Positions 47,603-58,072 of a stretch of DNA of 64,000 nucleotides are shown here, one piece after another. Source of the stretch: Candidatus Subterrananammoxibius californiae (GTDB taxonomy: Bacteria; Planctomycetota; Brocadiia; Brocadiales; Subterrananammoxibiaceae). The notes below the pieces were generated by a model. The model ran no database searches, had not been told where the DNA came from, and saw only the letters and a program-made list of their open reading frames with translations. Both the position numbers and the translations under genes were made by a program. Position 1 is the stretch's first letter. Each line of letters opens with the position of its first letter. The stretch lies in the NCBI GenBank assembly GCA_030586555.1, contig JAURAC010000002.1, positions 1-64,000 of the forward strand, written 5' to 3'.

Positions 47603-47863
47603 ATGTCCATAAGCATTACAGAAGACATTAGACCCATTTCCGATTTAAAGAAAAAACCAAGTGAAATTTTCAAACAAATACACCGCACTGGTCGCCCAAT
47701 CATTGTTACTGCCAATGGAAAACCCGATGCCGTTTTGCTTGATGTAGAAATCTTTGAGAGAAAATTAAAAGCGCTAAATCTCGGCGTTTTATTAGCTGAA
47801 GCCGAAACCGAGGCAAAAATGGGGGCGTACCCGACCAGTTCGAGATTTTTTAATAGAGCTTAA
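47603..47863 (+). CDS. Phd/YefM-family antitoxin (possible frameshift near the 3' end)
   Basis: IRPISDLKK...EI......GRP.IVT.NGKP.AVL. Confidence 0.85.
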   Translation: MSISITEDIRPISDLKKKPSEIFKQIHRTGRPIIVTANGKPDAVLLDVEIFERKLKALNLGVLLAEAETEAKMGAYPTSSRFFNRA

Positions 47864-47868
47864 ACATA

Positions 47869-47892
47869 GTGCAAAAGTATCGCGTTGAGATA
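47869..47892 (+). pseudogene. Possible 5' stub of a RelE/ParE toxin gene
   Basis: GTG CAA AAG TAT CGC GTT GAG ATA (MQKYRVEI) at the antitoxin end; the resemblance stops there. Confidence 0.35.
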
Positions 47893-48221
47893 ATGCTAAA
47901 GGAAAAGTTTTTTTCTTCAGCCTGTCTTTTAGGATTGCGGGTTATTCATAGCGCTCGATTGATTGATTTACAAATATTTGAGAAATAACTTTGTAATGTT
48001 ATGAGTCCACCCATTGAAAGTGCATATGGAAAACGATGAGGAAACATAATAAGTATTTATCTTCAACTCTGGGATACCATACGTAATTTGGAAGTCAATA
48101 ATTAGGTATGGTGTCCCTATAGTTCGATACAACACAAGGCACAGTTTCGGACGGGCGAATTTACGAACTATCCGTGCCCAGCGGGTCACCCGCGCTAAGC
48201 CCAACACACGGTCCTTGTGCT

Positions 48222-48509
48222 TCACTTAAATTTGGAAGCGACGCTGGCTACGCCAGTCTTAAGATCATCCCAGACCTTATCCGCGGTCTCTTTGACCTCT
48301 CCCCACGCATCGCCGCTTGCTTCCTCCAGCTCTTTCACCTTTTCAGTAGCCTCACGCAGTTTGGCGCGTAACTTATCGAGTTCACGGGTGTACTTGATTT
48401 TAACGTCTGCCCCTACGTTCTCCGCCTTTGCAGCTAATAGGTCAATCTGAGCACTCCACTCTTTCAGTTGCGTCTTCAGCCTTTGCCTATAGGCGTCTTT
48501 TGTTTCCAT
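48222..48509 (-). CDS. Small coiled-coil stress-type protein
   Basis: KDAY......QLKEW.AQID.L.AKA...ASGDAW.E.K......W; RBS AGGAG. Confidence 0.75.
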   Translation of the reverse strand: METKDAYRQRLKTQLKEWSAQIDLLAAKAENVGADVKIKYTRELDKLRAKLREATEKVKELEEASGDAWGEVKETADKVWDDLKTGVASVASKFK

Positions 48510-48521
48510 GGTCTACTCCTT

Positions 48522-48677
48522 TTAGAGTATGCCCAATAAGATCAGAATCAGTAAGATGGTCACCACCAGCCCGAGAGAGCCGCATGGTGCATAACCCCAC
48601 GCCAAGCTATACGGCCAGACTGGGATTACTCCTACAAGGATCAGGATTAGAATCACGACTAAGATTGTGCGAAGCAT
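48522..48677 (-). CDS. DUF3309-family small membrane protein
   Basis: IL...LIL.L.G..P.WPYS..WGY.P.G.LGL. Confidence 0.8.
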   Translation of the reverse strand: MLRTILVVILILILVGVIPVWPYSLAWGYAPCGSLGLVVTILLILILLGIL

Positions 48678-48743
48678 ATTCGTTCTCCCGTTAAAAAAGG
48701 GTAAACTAAAGAACATTCCAAAGTACATTAGCTTTTAGCCAGT

Positions 48744-49058
48744 TCATTTCACGATAAGGTTGTTTTTAACAGCTTTGACTCCACTTACAGACCTTGCTAC
48801 TTCCTCAGCCCTGGCGGAGACCTGCTTGGTATCTACGAAGCCGCTCAACTGCACGACTCCCTTGAAAGTTTCAACATTGATCTGGAGCACCTTAAGCATA
48901 GGGTCCTCGAATATTGCCGTCTTAACCTTGATCGTAATGGCAGTATCATCAATATACTCCCCTGTGCTTTCCTTCGTTGCGGTCGCCGCACAGCCGGTAA
49001 TCCATGCAATCAAAAAAAGGCCTACAAAAAAACGCTTGGTCAAATTTGCTTTTTCCAT
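48744..49058 (-). CDS. BON-domain lipoprotein (OsmY-like)
   Basis: Lipobox ITGC; STGEYIDD..IT.KVK, I.VETFKGVVQLSGFV, GVK.VKN.L. Confidence 0.92.
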   Translation of the reverse strand: MEKANLTKRFFVGLFLIAWITGCAATATKESTGEYIDDTAITIKVKTAIFEDPMLKVLQINVETFKGVVQLSGFVDTKQVSARAEEVARSVSGVKAVKNNLIVK

Positions 49059-49411
49059 AATTTCTCCTCCTGATAACATGATAAATAGCTTCGCTGGAAT
49101 GACGGGAAGAACACCTTATACACTCCAACGTGACGAGAACCTTATCATAATAACTTCCCCCTTATCAATACATTATAAAAATTTTAGTTAGACCTATTTC
49201 AACACTAACGACTTATCTTTCTGAAAAATAGATAGACAATGAATACTCCCACAAAAAGCGGGTTTTTAATATAATTATACGTGATATTTGCAACCTTGTC
49301 AAATTAGGCAATGAACCCTCCCCGAAAAATAGCAGGCTTTCAGCTTCATGTACGTTTATTTCAATCCGCTTCAGGTGGAATAAAAATCCACTTTTTTTTC
49401 AAAATGGTGGG

Positions 49412-49468
49412 ATGTCAATATGACATAGCCTTTTTATGAAGGATTCTGCTTGCTGTCAATTTGACAGC
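49412..49468. promoter_or_regulatory. Two TGTCA-N3-TGACA palindromes (candidate activator/operator sites)
   Basis: ATGTCAATATGACAT (49412-49426) and GCTGTCAATTTGACAGC (49452-49468). Confidence 0.55.
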
Positions 49469-49590
49469 CTAAAAAGAGGTGAAAAGGTGAAAAAGTAGAA
49501 AGGTAACGAGTTGAAGAGAAGTTTTCTAACCCCTTAGTCTTTAATCTCTTAGCCTATTAACCTATTAGCCTTTTAACTTCTTAACTTGTT

Positions 49591-49607
49591 TAGGCACTTG
49601 TTTTGCG
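49591..49607 (+). promoter_or_regulatory. Sigma54-type -24/-12 promoter upstream of groEL
   Basis: TAGGCACTTGTTTTGCG = GG-N10-GC, matching TGGCAC-N5-TTGC at all but one position. Confidence 0.6.
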
Positions 49608-49670
49608 TTTAATTAAAGATAATCATCTAATTCTAAAATAGGTCACTAAACTTTGGAGGAAATTAAAAAA

Positions 49671-51302
49671 ATGGCTGCAAAGAAAATCGTATTCAATCAT
49701 GACGCCCTTGAGGCTATAAGGCAGGGGGTAAAGCAACTTGCAGAGGCTGTGAAGATAACACTTGGACCGAGGGGACGGAATGTCATCATCCAGAAAAGCT
49801 TTGGTTCCCCTACGGTAACAAAGGATGGCGTTACTGTTGCAAAGGAAATAGAACTTTCTGACCACCTCCAGAATATTGGCGCACAGATGGTAAAGTCCGT
49901 TGCCGCCAAGACGAGCGATGTTGCTGGCGATGGCACAACCACTGCAACCGTGCTTGCCGAAGCCATCTTTCTTGAAGGCTTAAAGAATGTAACTGCAGGG
50001 GCGGATACCATGTCCCTGAAGCGTGGGATTGACAAGGCAGTTCAGACAGTAATTGACTATGTGAAGAAGATGAGTATCCCGGTTAAAGGAAGGAAGGAGA
50101 TTGAGCAGGTTGGCACCATAGCGTCCAATTATGATTATGAGATTGGCAAGACCATTGCCGATGCCATGGAACGGGTCGGAAAAGATGGCGTTATTACGGT
50201 TGAGGAAGGAAAAAGTCTAAAGACCGAAACCAAGTGGATTGAAGGCATGCAATTCGACAAAGGCTACTCTTCTCCATACTTTATAACCAACCCAACGGAG
50301 ATGCAGGCAGTATTGGAAGACCCATATATTTTAATCCATGAAAAGAAGATAACCACCGCAAAAGGCATAATACCCATCCTCGAAAAGGTTGCACAGCAGG
50401 GCAAGCCTCTACTTATTATCTCTGAGGATGTAGAGGGGGAGGCATTAACATTACTTGTTGTTAATAAGCTTCGCGGCGCAATAAAATGCGCCGCTGTAAA
50501 GGCTCCTGGTTATGGGGACAAGCGTAAGGCAATGTTGCAGGACATAGCCATCCTCACCGGAGGCCAGGCAATATTCGAGGACCTTGGAATTGACCTTGAA
50601 AGCGTGCAACTAAAAGACCTTGGCAGGGCGAAAAAGGTCATAATTGATAAGGACACTTCAACAATAATAGAAGGGGCAGGAGATAGCAAGGCTATTCAAG
50701 GCCGAATAGAACAGATTAGAACAGAGATTCGCACCACAACGTCCGATTATGATAAGGAAAAGCTTGGGGAGCGGCTTGCAAAATTAGCTGGCGGGGTCGC
50801 CCAGATTAATGTCGGCGCCGCAACGGAAAGTGAGATGAAGGAAAAAAAGGCACGGGTAGAAGACGCCTTACATGCCACAAGGGCTGCAGTGGAGGAAGGC
50901 ATATTGCCCGGCGGCGGCGTGGCGCTTATCAGGGCAATTTCAGCCCTTGATGAGATTAAAGTAAAGGGCGATGAAGCCGTAGGGGCAGACATCGTACGCA
51001 GGGCATTAGAAGCGCCACTGCGTCAAATTGCCGATAATGCAGGGCTTTCCGGTTCCGTAGTAGTTCAGAAAGTAAAAGAATCCAATGGAAATATGGGCTA
51101 TGATGCCAGCTCAAATAAGTACTGCGATATGGTGAAGGAAGGAATCATAGACCCAACCAAGGTTGTAAGGACAGCCTTGCAAAATGCGGCAAGCGTAGCC
51201 TCTTTACTCCTTACAACGGATGCAATAGTAGGCCAGATTCCAGAGAAAAAGAAGCCCATGCCTGCCGGAATGCCTCCCGGTGGATATGGCGATATGTATT
51301 AA
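49671..51302 (+). CDS. groL: Chaperonin GroEL
   Basis: [50 protein letters not shown] tail; RBS GGAGG. Confidence 0.98.
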   Translation: MAAKKIVFNHDALEAIRQGVKQLAEAVKITLGPRGRNVIIQKSFGSPTVTKDGVTVAKEIELSDHLQNIGAQMVKSVAAKTSDVAGDGTTTATVLAEAIFLEGLKNVTAGADTMSLKRGIDKAVQTVIDYVKKMSIPVKGRKEIEQVGTIASNYDYEIGKTIADAMERVGKDGVITVEEGKSLKTETKWIEGMQFDKGYSSPYFITNPTEMQAVLEDPYILIHEKKITTAKGIIPILEKVAQQGKPLLIISEDVEGEALTLLVVNKLRGAIKCAAVKAPGYGDKRKAMLQDIAILTGGQAIFEDLGIDLESVQLKDLGRAKKVIIDKDTSTIIEGAGDSKAIQGRIEQIRTEIRTTTSDYDKEKLGERLAKLAGGVAQINVGAATESEMKEKKARVEDALHATRAAVEEGILPGGGVALIRAISALDEIKVKGDEAVGADIVRRALEAPLRQIADNAGLSGSVVVQKVKESNGNMGYDASSNKYCDMVKEGIIDPTKVVRTALQNAASVASLLLTTDAIVGQIPEKKKPMPAGMPPGGYGDMY

Positions 51303-51358
51303 TACCGTTCCAACTTTATCCCGTACCAAAATTGGTACAGGATGGATAGAAAAAGCTT

Positions 51359-51490
51359 GAAATTCTAAATCCGAATATCGAAACTCTAAACAATATCAAA
51401 ATCCGAAATTCTAAATCACAAACCCTTTGTTTCGTTTGGAATTTCGAGCTTGGAAATTAAGATTTGTTTAGGGTTTCGGATTTCGGATTT
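51359..51490. repeat. Degenerate heptamer mirror array
   Basis: GAAATTC TAAATCC GAATATC GAAAC... followed by the complementary GATTTGTTTAGGGTTTCGGATTTCGGATTT. Confidence 0.75.
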
Positions 51491-51506
51491 ATTGTTTTGT
51501 GCCGTT

Positions 51507-51586
51507 GACCTTGTACCTACCTACCCAATCACCTGCACTGCCTTGAGAGAGGGCAACAGGCAACTCAGGTACAGGGTCTTTTTTTT
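51507..51586 (+). terminator. Long-loop hairpin plus T-tract after groEL
   Basis: GACCTTGTACCT...AGGTACAGGGTC followed by a run of T. Confidence 0.5.
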
Positions 51587-51675
51587 CTTTACACACGCCC
51601 TTCTTTTTATATAATAATGATGAAGTCTTAAATTCTGTGTGGTAAAATATAATTATCTAAAGGAGTAATAGGAAA

Positions 51676-52128
51676 ATGACGCTTTTTTCAATTCTACAAC
51701 CCTATAAAACGCATGCGAAAGGGGATAAAGTAGAAGGGGTTTTTGTTGAAGGGACTTTTTTGCTTAAGAAACCTACAGTATCCTTTTCCCATGAGTTGTG
51801 GATCCCACCTACTGATGTATATGAAACACCAGAGGAGTTCGTAGTCAAGATGGCAATTTCAGGAATAAAGCCCAATGACATTTCTGTAGAATTTTCTGCT
51901 GGCATTCTCACAATCTCCGGGAAAAGATTCGATAACTCTAACCACAAGAAAACGCACTTTTACCAAGTAGAAATCAGATATGGTTATTTTGAGAGGAAGA
52001 TTGTCTTACCAAAGACGATTGATGAAAACAATATTAGCGCTACATACAAAGATGGTTTCTTGTTGGTTACTATCCCAAAATCCCAGGCACCCACAAAAAA
52101 AAGTTTGTCTGTAAAGATTACGTTGTAA
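51676..52128 (+). CDS. Hsp20/alpha-crystallin small heat-shock protein
   Basis: P.TDVYET, G....DI.V, LTISGKR, EI.YG.FER...LP, ATYKDG.L...IPK. Confidence 0.93.
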   Translation: MTLFSILQPYKTHAKGDKVEGVFVEGTFLLKKPTVSFSHELWIPPTDVYETPEEFVVKMAISGIKPNDISVEFSAGILTISGKRFDNSNHKKTHFYQVEIRYGYFERKIVLPKTIDENNISATYKDGFLLVTIPKSQAPTKKSLSVKITL

Positions 52129-52262
52129 AATAACAAAAAATCCATGGTTCCACGTTCCGTCAAAAGTTCTTCTCCTAACGGTTAACCGATGCGTTGCGAG
52201 CTTAAAGCTTGTCATAATGGGACTATTGAGGAACGGAACCTCCCTAAAGAGGCTATAAAATC

Positions 52263-54731
52263 ATGAAAGACAAACAAAATCAAACCCAAAAACAAGACAG
52301 TCCGGAGAGTACTACGCAGTTAGATAATTCCGCTCGTAAAGAAGAGCCAACCATTCCAGAGGAATTACCAGTCCTTGCATTGAAGGATACGGTGGTGTTC
52401 CCACAGATGGTGACCGCCCTTGGCGTTACTGCAAAGGAGGAATTAAAGCTTCTTGATAACGTCCTTGCGGGAAACCGCTTCCTTGCCCTTGCGCTCCAAA
52501 AGGATGAGAGCATAAAGAATGTTAAGCCTGACGACCTTTATCTGTACGCCACAGGTGCCATTGTTTTACAAATGCTCAGGATGCCAGATGGCACAGCAAG
52601 GATGCTGGTGCAGGGAATATCCAGGATTCACTTCGAAGAATTTACTCAGGTAGAACCATACTTAAAAGCAAAGGTTAAATCAATCGAAGATATACTGGAC
52701 AAGGATGTAGAGACAGAAGCGCTTACGAGGAACATCTCAGACCAGTTTAGCCGCATAATATCAATGACACCCAATTTACCAGAAGAACTCAAGATAGCCA
52801 TTGTCAATATAGATAACCCAGGCAGACTTGCCGATATGATAGCATCCCATTTAAATATTGGCACAGTAGAGAAACAGGAAATACTCGAGGCTATAAACGT
52901 AAAGGAAAGATTGCAGAAGGTAACTGCCCTTATAAACAAGGAAATGGAGGTGCTCGAACTTGCCACAAAGATTCAGAGTCAGGTTAAGAGTGAGATGGAA
53001 AAGGGCCAGCGTGAATATTACCTTCGCCAGCAGTTGAAGGCGATTCAAGAGGAGTTAGGAGAAGGTGACGAACGTACCATTGAGATAAAAGAATTAAAGA
53101 AAAAGATAGCCGAGGCAAAACTACCTCCAGAAGCGCAGAAGGAGGCAGAACGAGAACTGAGTCGCTTAGAAATGATGCCGCCAGCCGCCGCTGAATACAC
53201 CGTGGCACGCACATATCTTGACTGGATAGTAACCCTTCCATGGTCTATCACCACCGAAGATAACCTTGATATTAACGGAGCGCAGAAGGTACTCGATGAT
53301 GACCACTATGACCTCCAGAAGGTGAAAGAGAGGATAATAGAGTATTTAGCCGTTCGCAAGATGAAAAAGGATATGAAAGGACCAATCTTATGTTTTGTTG
53401 GTCCTCCAGGCACGGGCAAGACATCGTTGGGAAAATCCATTGCCAGGGCGCTTGGCAGGAAGTTCATCAGGATGTCCCTCGGAGGCGTGAGAGATGAAGC
53501 AGAAATCAGAGGACATCGCCGCACCTACGTAGGCGCTCTACCAGGCAGGATAATCCAGGGGCTGAGAAAAGCAGGGTCAAACAACCCTGTATTTATGCTT
53601 GATGAGGTTGATAAGCTTGGGGCAGATTTTCGTGGCGACCCCTCCGCCGCCCTGCTTGAGGTATTAGACCCCGAACAGAACTTCTCTTTCTCCGACCATT
53701 ATCTGGACGTAGCATTCGACCTCTCTAAGGTCATGTTTATCACTACTGCTAATATCCTCGACCCTATTCCGCCAGCATTAAAAGACAGGATGGAGGTGCT
53801 GGAACTCCCTGGATATAGCGACGAAGAGAAGCTTTCCATTGCAAAACAATTTTTAGTCCCTAAGCAGTTGAACGAACATGGCTTGACGAATGAACAACTA
53901 AGTTTTGATGATGAGGCTATTAAATTAATAATCAGTGATTACACGAGAGAGGCTGGTCTCAGAAACTTAGAGCGGGAAATTGCTAACGTTTGCAGAAAGA
54001 CTGCAAAGGAAATTGCTGCTGGAGAGAAAACCTCAATAAAGGCAACAGTAGAACTTATCAAAATCTTTTTGGGACCGTCAAAATTCTTCCCGGAGGTTGC
54101 GGAACGTACAACAGAGCCCGGCGTGGCGACCGGTCTGGCATGGACCCGTGTAGGAGGCGAAATCCTCTTCATAGAATCTACAACAATGGCAGGTAGTGGC
54201 AAACTAATACTTACAGGTCAACTGGGCTCCGTTATGAAAGAGTCCGCTCAGGCTGCTATGAGCTACGTCCGCACACGTGCAAAAAAACTTGGCATATCGC
54301 TCCAGGACTTTACCAAGTACGATTTTCATGTTCACGTACCGGCAGGGGCTATCCCAAAGGATGGGCCCTCGGCTGGCGTAACGATGGCAATCTCCATAAT
54401 ATCGCTCCTTAAAGAAAAACCTGTCCGCCCCGATGTTGCAATGACTGGCGAAATTACACTAAGAGGGCAGGTTTTACCAGTTGGCGGAATTAAGGAAAAG
54501 GTGCTTGCCGCAAAACGAGCAGGTATTACTACGGTAATTCTGCCCAAGAAGAATGAAAACGACCTGATAGAAGTGCCTGAAAATGTTAAGGCAAAAATGA
54601 CCTTCCATTTCGTTGATAAGGTGGATGAGATACTTCCCCTTGCCTTTAAGTTAGATGACCTCGAAGAAAAAACCCTCAAATCCGCCTCAGGCGGACTGGA
54701 AGAAGCCAAAGAATTAGTAAAGGTTGTTTGA
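52263..54731 (+). CDS. lon: ATP-dependent protease La
   Basis: LON N-domain, [37 protein letters not shown]. Confidence 0.98.
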   Translation: MKDKQNQTQKQDSPESTTQLDNSARKEEPTIPEELPVLALKDTVVFPQMVTALGVTAKEELKLLDNVLAGNRFLALALQKDESIKNVKPDDLYLYATGAIVLQMLRMPDGTARMLVQGISRIHFEEFTQVEPYLKAKVKSIEDILDKDVETEALTRNISDQFSRIISMTPNLPEELKIAIVNIDNPGRLADMIASHLNIGTVEKQEILEAINVKERLQKVTALINKEMEVLELATKIQSQVKSEMEKGQREYYLRQQLKAIQEELGEGDERTIEIKELKKKIAEAKLPPEAQKEAERELSRLEMMPPAAAEYTVARTYLDWIVTLPWSITTEDNLDINGAQKVLDDDHYDLQKVKERIIEYLAVRKMKKDMKGPILCFVGPPGTGKTSLGKSIARALGRKFIRMSLGGVRDEAEIRGHRRTYVGALPGRIIQGLRKAGSNNPVFMLDEVDKLGADFRGDPSAALLEVLDPEQNFSFSDHYLDVAFDLSKVMFITTANILDPIPPALKDRMEVLELPGYSDEEKLSIAKQFLVPKQLNEHGLTNEQLSFDDEAIKLIISDYTREAGLRNLEREIANVCRKTAKEIAAGEKTSIKATVELIKIFLGPSKFFPEVAERTTEPGVATGLAWTRVGGEILFIESTTMAGSGKLILTGQLGSVMKESAQAAMSYVRTRAKKLGISLQDFTKYDFHVHVPAGAIPKDGPSAGVTMAISIISLLKEKPVRPDVAMTGEITLRGQVLPVGGIKEKVLAAKRAGITTVILPKKNENDLIEVPENVKAKMTFHFVDKVDEILPLAFKLDDLEEKTLKSASGGLEEAKELVKVV

Positions 54732-54828
54732 TATTATAGCGCATAGTTTATAGCTCATATATTTATATGGCGTCCTATATTACTTTAAAATGAACAAAAA
54801 GGATTTTTTATTATAGAAGGAGGTATAA

Positions 54829-55059
54829 ATGTCAAAGCGGAGAGAAGAGATTCTTGCTAAAGCTTTAGAATTACCGCCTATGGAACGAGCGGAGTTAGTC
54901 GAGAACCTACTTTCCAGTTTTGAGTTTCCATCGCGGAAAGACACAGACGCTTTGTGGGCTCAAGAAGCTGAGAGCCGAATTGATGCATTTGAGCGGGGCG
55001 ACATAGCAGCAATTCCTGCAAAGAATGTTTTTGAAGAAATCGAGAAACAAAGAAAATAA
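54829..55059 (+). CDS. Addiction-module antitoxin (unstable antitoxin type)
   Basis: AL.LP..ERA.L...LL.S, W..EAE.R....G......V. Confidence 0.85.
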   Translation: MSKRREEILAKALELPPMERAELVENLLSSFEFPSRKDTDALWAQEAESRIDAFERGDIAAIPAKNVFEEIEKQRK

Positions 55060-55363
55060 TGGAAATTGATTTTCTGGCTCCTGCTAAGGCTGAGTTCAAA
55101 GATGCTATTTCTCACTACAATTTGCAAAGTGAAGGTCTTGGCTTCGAGTTTGCAGCAGAAGTAAAGAGAACATGGAGCGGATTGTTCAATACCCCGAAGC
55201 GTGGTTTCCTCTATCGAAGCGAACCCGTCGTTGTAGAACGAACAGATTTCCTTATGGAGTCATTTATCAAGTTAGAGGTGAAACAATTCTTGTTGTAGCG
55301 ATAATGCATCTCAGTAGAGAACCCCAAACATGGAAATCACGTCTAAAAAACGAGGAACGGTAG
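55059..55363 (+). pseudogene. ParE/RelE-family toxin with a frameshift near 55172
   Basis: First frame: F...A..E...A..HY.....GLG.EF. Second frame continues ERI...PEAW...RRC...RFPYG.IY.....I.VVA.MH..R.P..W..R. Confidence 0.85.
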
Positions 55364-55569
55364 AAAATGAACCAAAATCGGTAGGGGTCAAACCTTTTTA
55401 TTCGACAAATCAGGAAAAGTTGTGCAATGGGAAATAAATGTCAAAATAAAAGATGCAAGCCCCATCCAGACCCTCCCTTAATATGCACGGACAAACATCC
55501 GCCTAAGGCGGATTGTCCATGCCACCCGTCAGCCTATTCCCTATTGCCTGTTCCTATTGCCTATTTTTC

Positions 55570-56094
55570 CTACTTTGCCAGCTTCTTAACTAATGCGTCG
55601 CCAAACTTGGCTGCGCTGGTGGGGCCATCTGCTGTAATTATTTGCCCGTCTTCCTGTACATCGGCGCCTGTGTAATTAACACCTTTTGCTTTTAGCTTTC
55701 CTCCCTCGGAACTCCAGACTGTTGCCTTCTTGCCTGTTAGCACGCCTGCATTGGCTAAGGTTACAGGAGCAACGCATATAGCGCCAAGTAATTTGCCATT
55801 TTTAACGCACTCTTTGGCAATTGCGTGGGCTGTGGGGTCGTTCCAATATTCCGAGGCGCCAGAGCCACCTACAAATACTACCGCATCGTAATCTTGCACC
55901 TTTATCTTGTTATATAGTACATCCGGGTTTGCCGTTGCTCCTAACATCCCCCTTGCCTTAGTTAAGGATGAAGAAGCAATAGTTACCTTTGCCCCCTTGC
56001 CTTCTAAAATTTCCTTTGGTTTTTGAAGCTCCTCATCTCGAAAGTTCTGGTTTGCAATAATCATAACCACCTTTTTTTCGTTTATTCCTGGCAT
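55570..56094 (-). CDS. DJ-1/PfpI family protein
   Basis: FRDEE, YDAVVFVGG.G, GAIC.AP..LA.AG.L.GK.AT, IITA.GP. Confidence 0.93.
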   Translation of the reverse strand: MPGINEKKVVMIIANQNFRDEELQKPKEILEGKGAKVTIASSSLTKARGMLGATANPDVLYNKIKVQDYDAVVFVGGSGASEYWNDPTAHAIAKECVKNGKLLGAICVAPVTLANAGVLTGKKATVWSSEGGKLKAKGVNYTGADVQEDGQIITADGPTSAAKFGDALVKKLAK

Positions 56095-56106
56095 ATATTC
56101 TTCACC

Positions 56107-56225
56107 TCAAATTCTAAATCCCAAAACCCAAATCCCAATATCCAATAAATGACTAATGTCCAATTGCTGAATCCAAATTGGGAATTGGGATTTTATTTGG
56201 ATTTGGGATTTGGTAATTGGAATTT
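56107..56225. repeat. Degenerate heptamer mirror array (related to 60655-60762)
   Basis: CAAATTC TAAATCC CAAAACC CAAATCC ... TTTATTTGGATTTGGGATTTGGTAATTGG. Confidence 0.75.
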
Positions 56226-56235
56226 TTTCTTCCCC

Positions 56236-56706
56236 CTAAACGTGTTTTCCAAACTCTGCGACGATTGGTTTAACGAGGGCTGCAAAATCCTGATAGTTCA
56301 TATTAACGGTGTCAACGTGAGTGCCTGCGTTAAACACAATTTCCCTGTCTTCGGTCAGGGATTTATCCACATATACATCTAAATTATACAGGTTGCCAAA
56401 TGGAGGCATAGCGCCAACATCACATCCAGGAAACAGGTCTTTAAATTCATCCTCTGTCGCAATCCTTGTATCGGCAGCTCCAACAATTTTTTTCATCTTC
56501 TGCATATCAATCTTCCATGTTGCGGGTAAGACCACCATCACAAATCTTTCCCCCGCCTTAACCATAACGACCTTTGCCAGTTTCTGACCGGGCACATGCA
56601 ACGCAGCCGCTATCTCCTGCGCAGTATAAGCCTCACGATGTGAAGATACCTCGTAGCGCACCTTCTTTTCATCTAAATACTCCCTGAGCTTTCTCAAGAT
56701 AGTCAT
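56236..56706 (-). CDS. YbaK/ProX-family aminoacyl-tRNA deacylase
   Basis: H..AYTA.E.A, AK.V, A.E.E....F..C..GA.PPFG, FNAG.H. Confidence 0.92.
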   Translation of the reverse strand: MTILRKLREYLDEKKVRYEVSSHREAYTAQEIAAALHVPGQKLAKVVMVKAGERFVMVVLPATWKIDMQKMKKIVGAADTRIATEDEFKDLFPGCDVGAMPPFGNLYNLDVYVDKSLTEDREIVFNAGTHVDTVNMNYQDFAALVKPIVAEFGKHV

Positions 56707-56916
56707 ATTCCTATCCCCCCATAACAGGTTACAGGTTTCAGGTAACAGGCTCCCGTTGTCTGTTACCCGTCACCTAATCAGATATTAGGTATCTATCATC
56801 TTCCCATCAAATTGCAGTAATTATACCCCAAAATATCCATTATTGCAACCTGTTAATGGAAATACAGGGATTGTAACCTCAAAAAATAAATTCGTCACTA
56901 CTGAGGACTGGTTTAC

Positions 56917-56944
56917 TTGAAAAATTTTATTTTTGTGGTATACT
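56917..56944 (+). promoter_or_regulatory. Sigma70-type promoter (extended -10)
   Basis: TTGAAA-N16-TATACT with TG before the -10. Confidence 0.45.
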
Positions 56945-56997
56945 TATATCAGATAAGGGACGTTTTAAGGGAATGAAAAGGTGGAAAAATTAACTAA

Positions 56998-57057
56998 TGC
57001 CGTTCCAACTGAATACAGCAGCAAATAATACATTGGGTAGAAAAAGTTGGAACGGCA
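56998..57057. repeat. 60-bp element with 13-bp terminal inverted repeats
   Basis: TGCCGTTCCAACT...AGTTGGAACGGCA; a related left end occurs at about 51304. Confidence 0.65.
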
Positions 57058-57109
57058 CTAAAAAATCCGCCCAAAGGCTTATCATCTTTTGGGCGAGGAG
57101 GATCTAACC

Positions 57110-57529
57110 ATGAAGAGCTATAGCTTGATAAAGGCATTTGGCACTTTTGTAGTGCTTGTTGCAGTTGTAACTCTTCTGGGCTCAAGCGTATATGGTGAGG
57201 CACCTGCTCTTCAGATTCCTGTTATAAAGGGAACCATAACCAGTATTGATATGGAGCATAATTGCCTACTAATACAGGGAAGTGACATTCTTGGTAGTGA
57301 CCCACTTTATCTGCGTTCAGAAACATGCGTATTTATGGGTGACGAAGGTGTGAATTTTAACGACCTTCACAGAAATGGAAAGACAATTTCTGCATCTGAC
57401 AGGGTAGAATCAAGCAGTCTTAGTGTAGGCGATGAAATTTGCTGCACTTATTCCTATTGGAAAGATGGTAAACTCTTCGCCGATAGCATCGTAATTGTAG
57501 CACCTTCTACCCTTGTACCAAGCATGTAA
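57110..57529 (+). CDS. Hypothetical exported protein
   Basis: RBS GAGGAGG, signal-peptide-like N-terminus, followed by a terminator. Confidence 0.75.
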   Translation: MKSYSLIKAFGTFVVLVAVVTLLGSSVYGEAPALQIPVIKGTITSIDMEHNCLLIQGSDILGSDPLYLRSETCVFMGDEGVNFNDLHRNGKTISASDRVESSSLSVGDEICCTYSYWKDGKLFADSIVIVAPSTLVPSM

Positions 57530-57551
57530 CGTAGTATAAATGCCCAGAAGT

Positions 57552-57599
57552 AAAAGCACACTGGCATAAAATAAAATAATTGCCAGTGTGCTTTTTTTT
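57552..57599. terminator. Intrinsic terminator, probably bidirectional
   Basis: AAAAGCACACTGGCA-loop-TGCCAGTGTGCTTTTTTTT between convergent genes. Confidence 0.85.
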
Positions 57600-57613
57600 A
57601 GGAATTGATTCGC

Positions 57614-57847
57614 CTATCTCCTGCCCAAAAGCCAGAATATGATTGATAGAATAGCGCTTATGATTATACAGGTAACGACTGGAAAATAAAAACTAAAATT
57701 CTTTCTCTCAATGACTATATCACCAGGAAGCCTTCCAATAAACGGTATACCCGCCTTAGGCGGGCAAAAGAGAACGAAGAGACCTAAAACGATTAATAGG
57801 ATTCCAAAAAATATTAAAAGTTTTCCGAACGGACCGAAGTTTGCCAT
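57614..57847 (-). CDS. DUF2905-family small membrane protein
   Basis: GK.LI..G, GRLPGDI.IE..NF.FYFP..TCI..S. Confidence 0.88.
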   Translation of the reverse strand: MANFGPFGKLLIFFGILLIVLGLFVLFCPPKAGIPFIGRLPGDIVIERKNFSFYFPVVTCIIISAILSIIFWLLGRR

Positions 57848-57932
57848 AATTTTAACCTTACAACAGTCCAGTTTAATTTGCAAATAAAAAACCAACCACG
57901 TATCTAATACAGGGTCAGCCCGTCTTTTTTGT

Positions 57933-57960
57933 TTGACAGAACACATTTTTTTGTTATGAT
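57933..57960 (+). promoter_or_regulatory. Sigma70-type promoter for typA
   Basis: TTGACA-N16-TATGAT with TG before the -10. Confidence 0.55.
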
Positions 57961-58072
57961 AATATTAAGGGTATCTTATATTATACCCATTCCTACAACG
58001 TTCGTGGCACTTCTATAGGCCGCATATATGTGTGTTTGGCGGCTTTTTTAATTAGTAGAGGATAAGTAAATA

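Noticed and set aside
47968..48225. 85-aa minus-strand ORF
   Set aside because: No motif or clear RBS; more likely intergenic or decayed sequence.
49200..49670. groEL without an adjacent groES
   Set aside because: Stand-alone groEL paralogues are common, so this is not informative alone.
20657..54709. Numerous 60-180 aa antisense ORFs in the track
   Set aside because: They shadow well-supported genes on the opposite strand and lack recognisable motifs.
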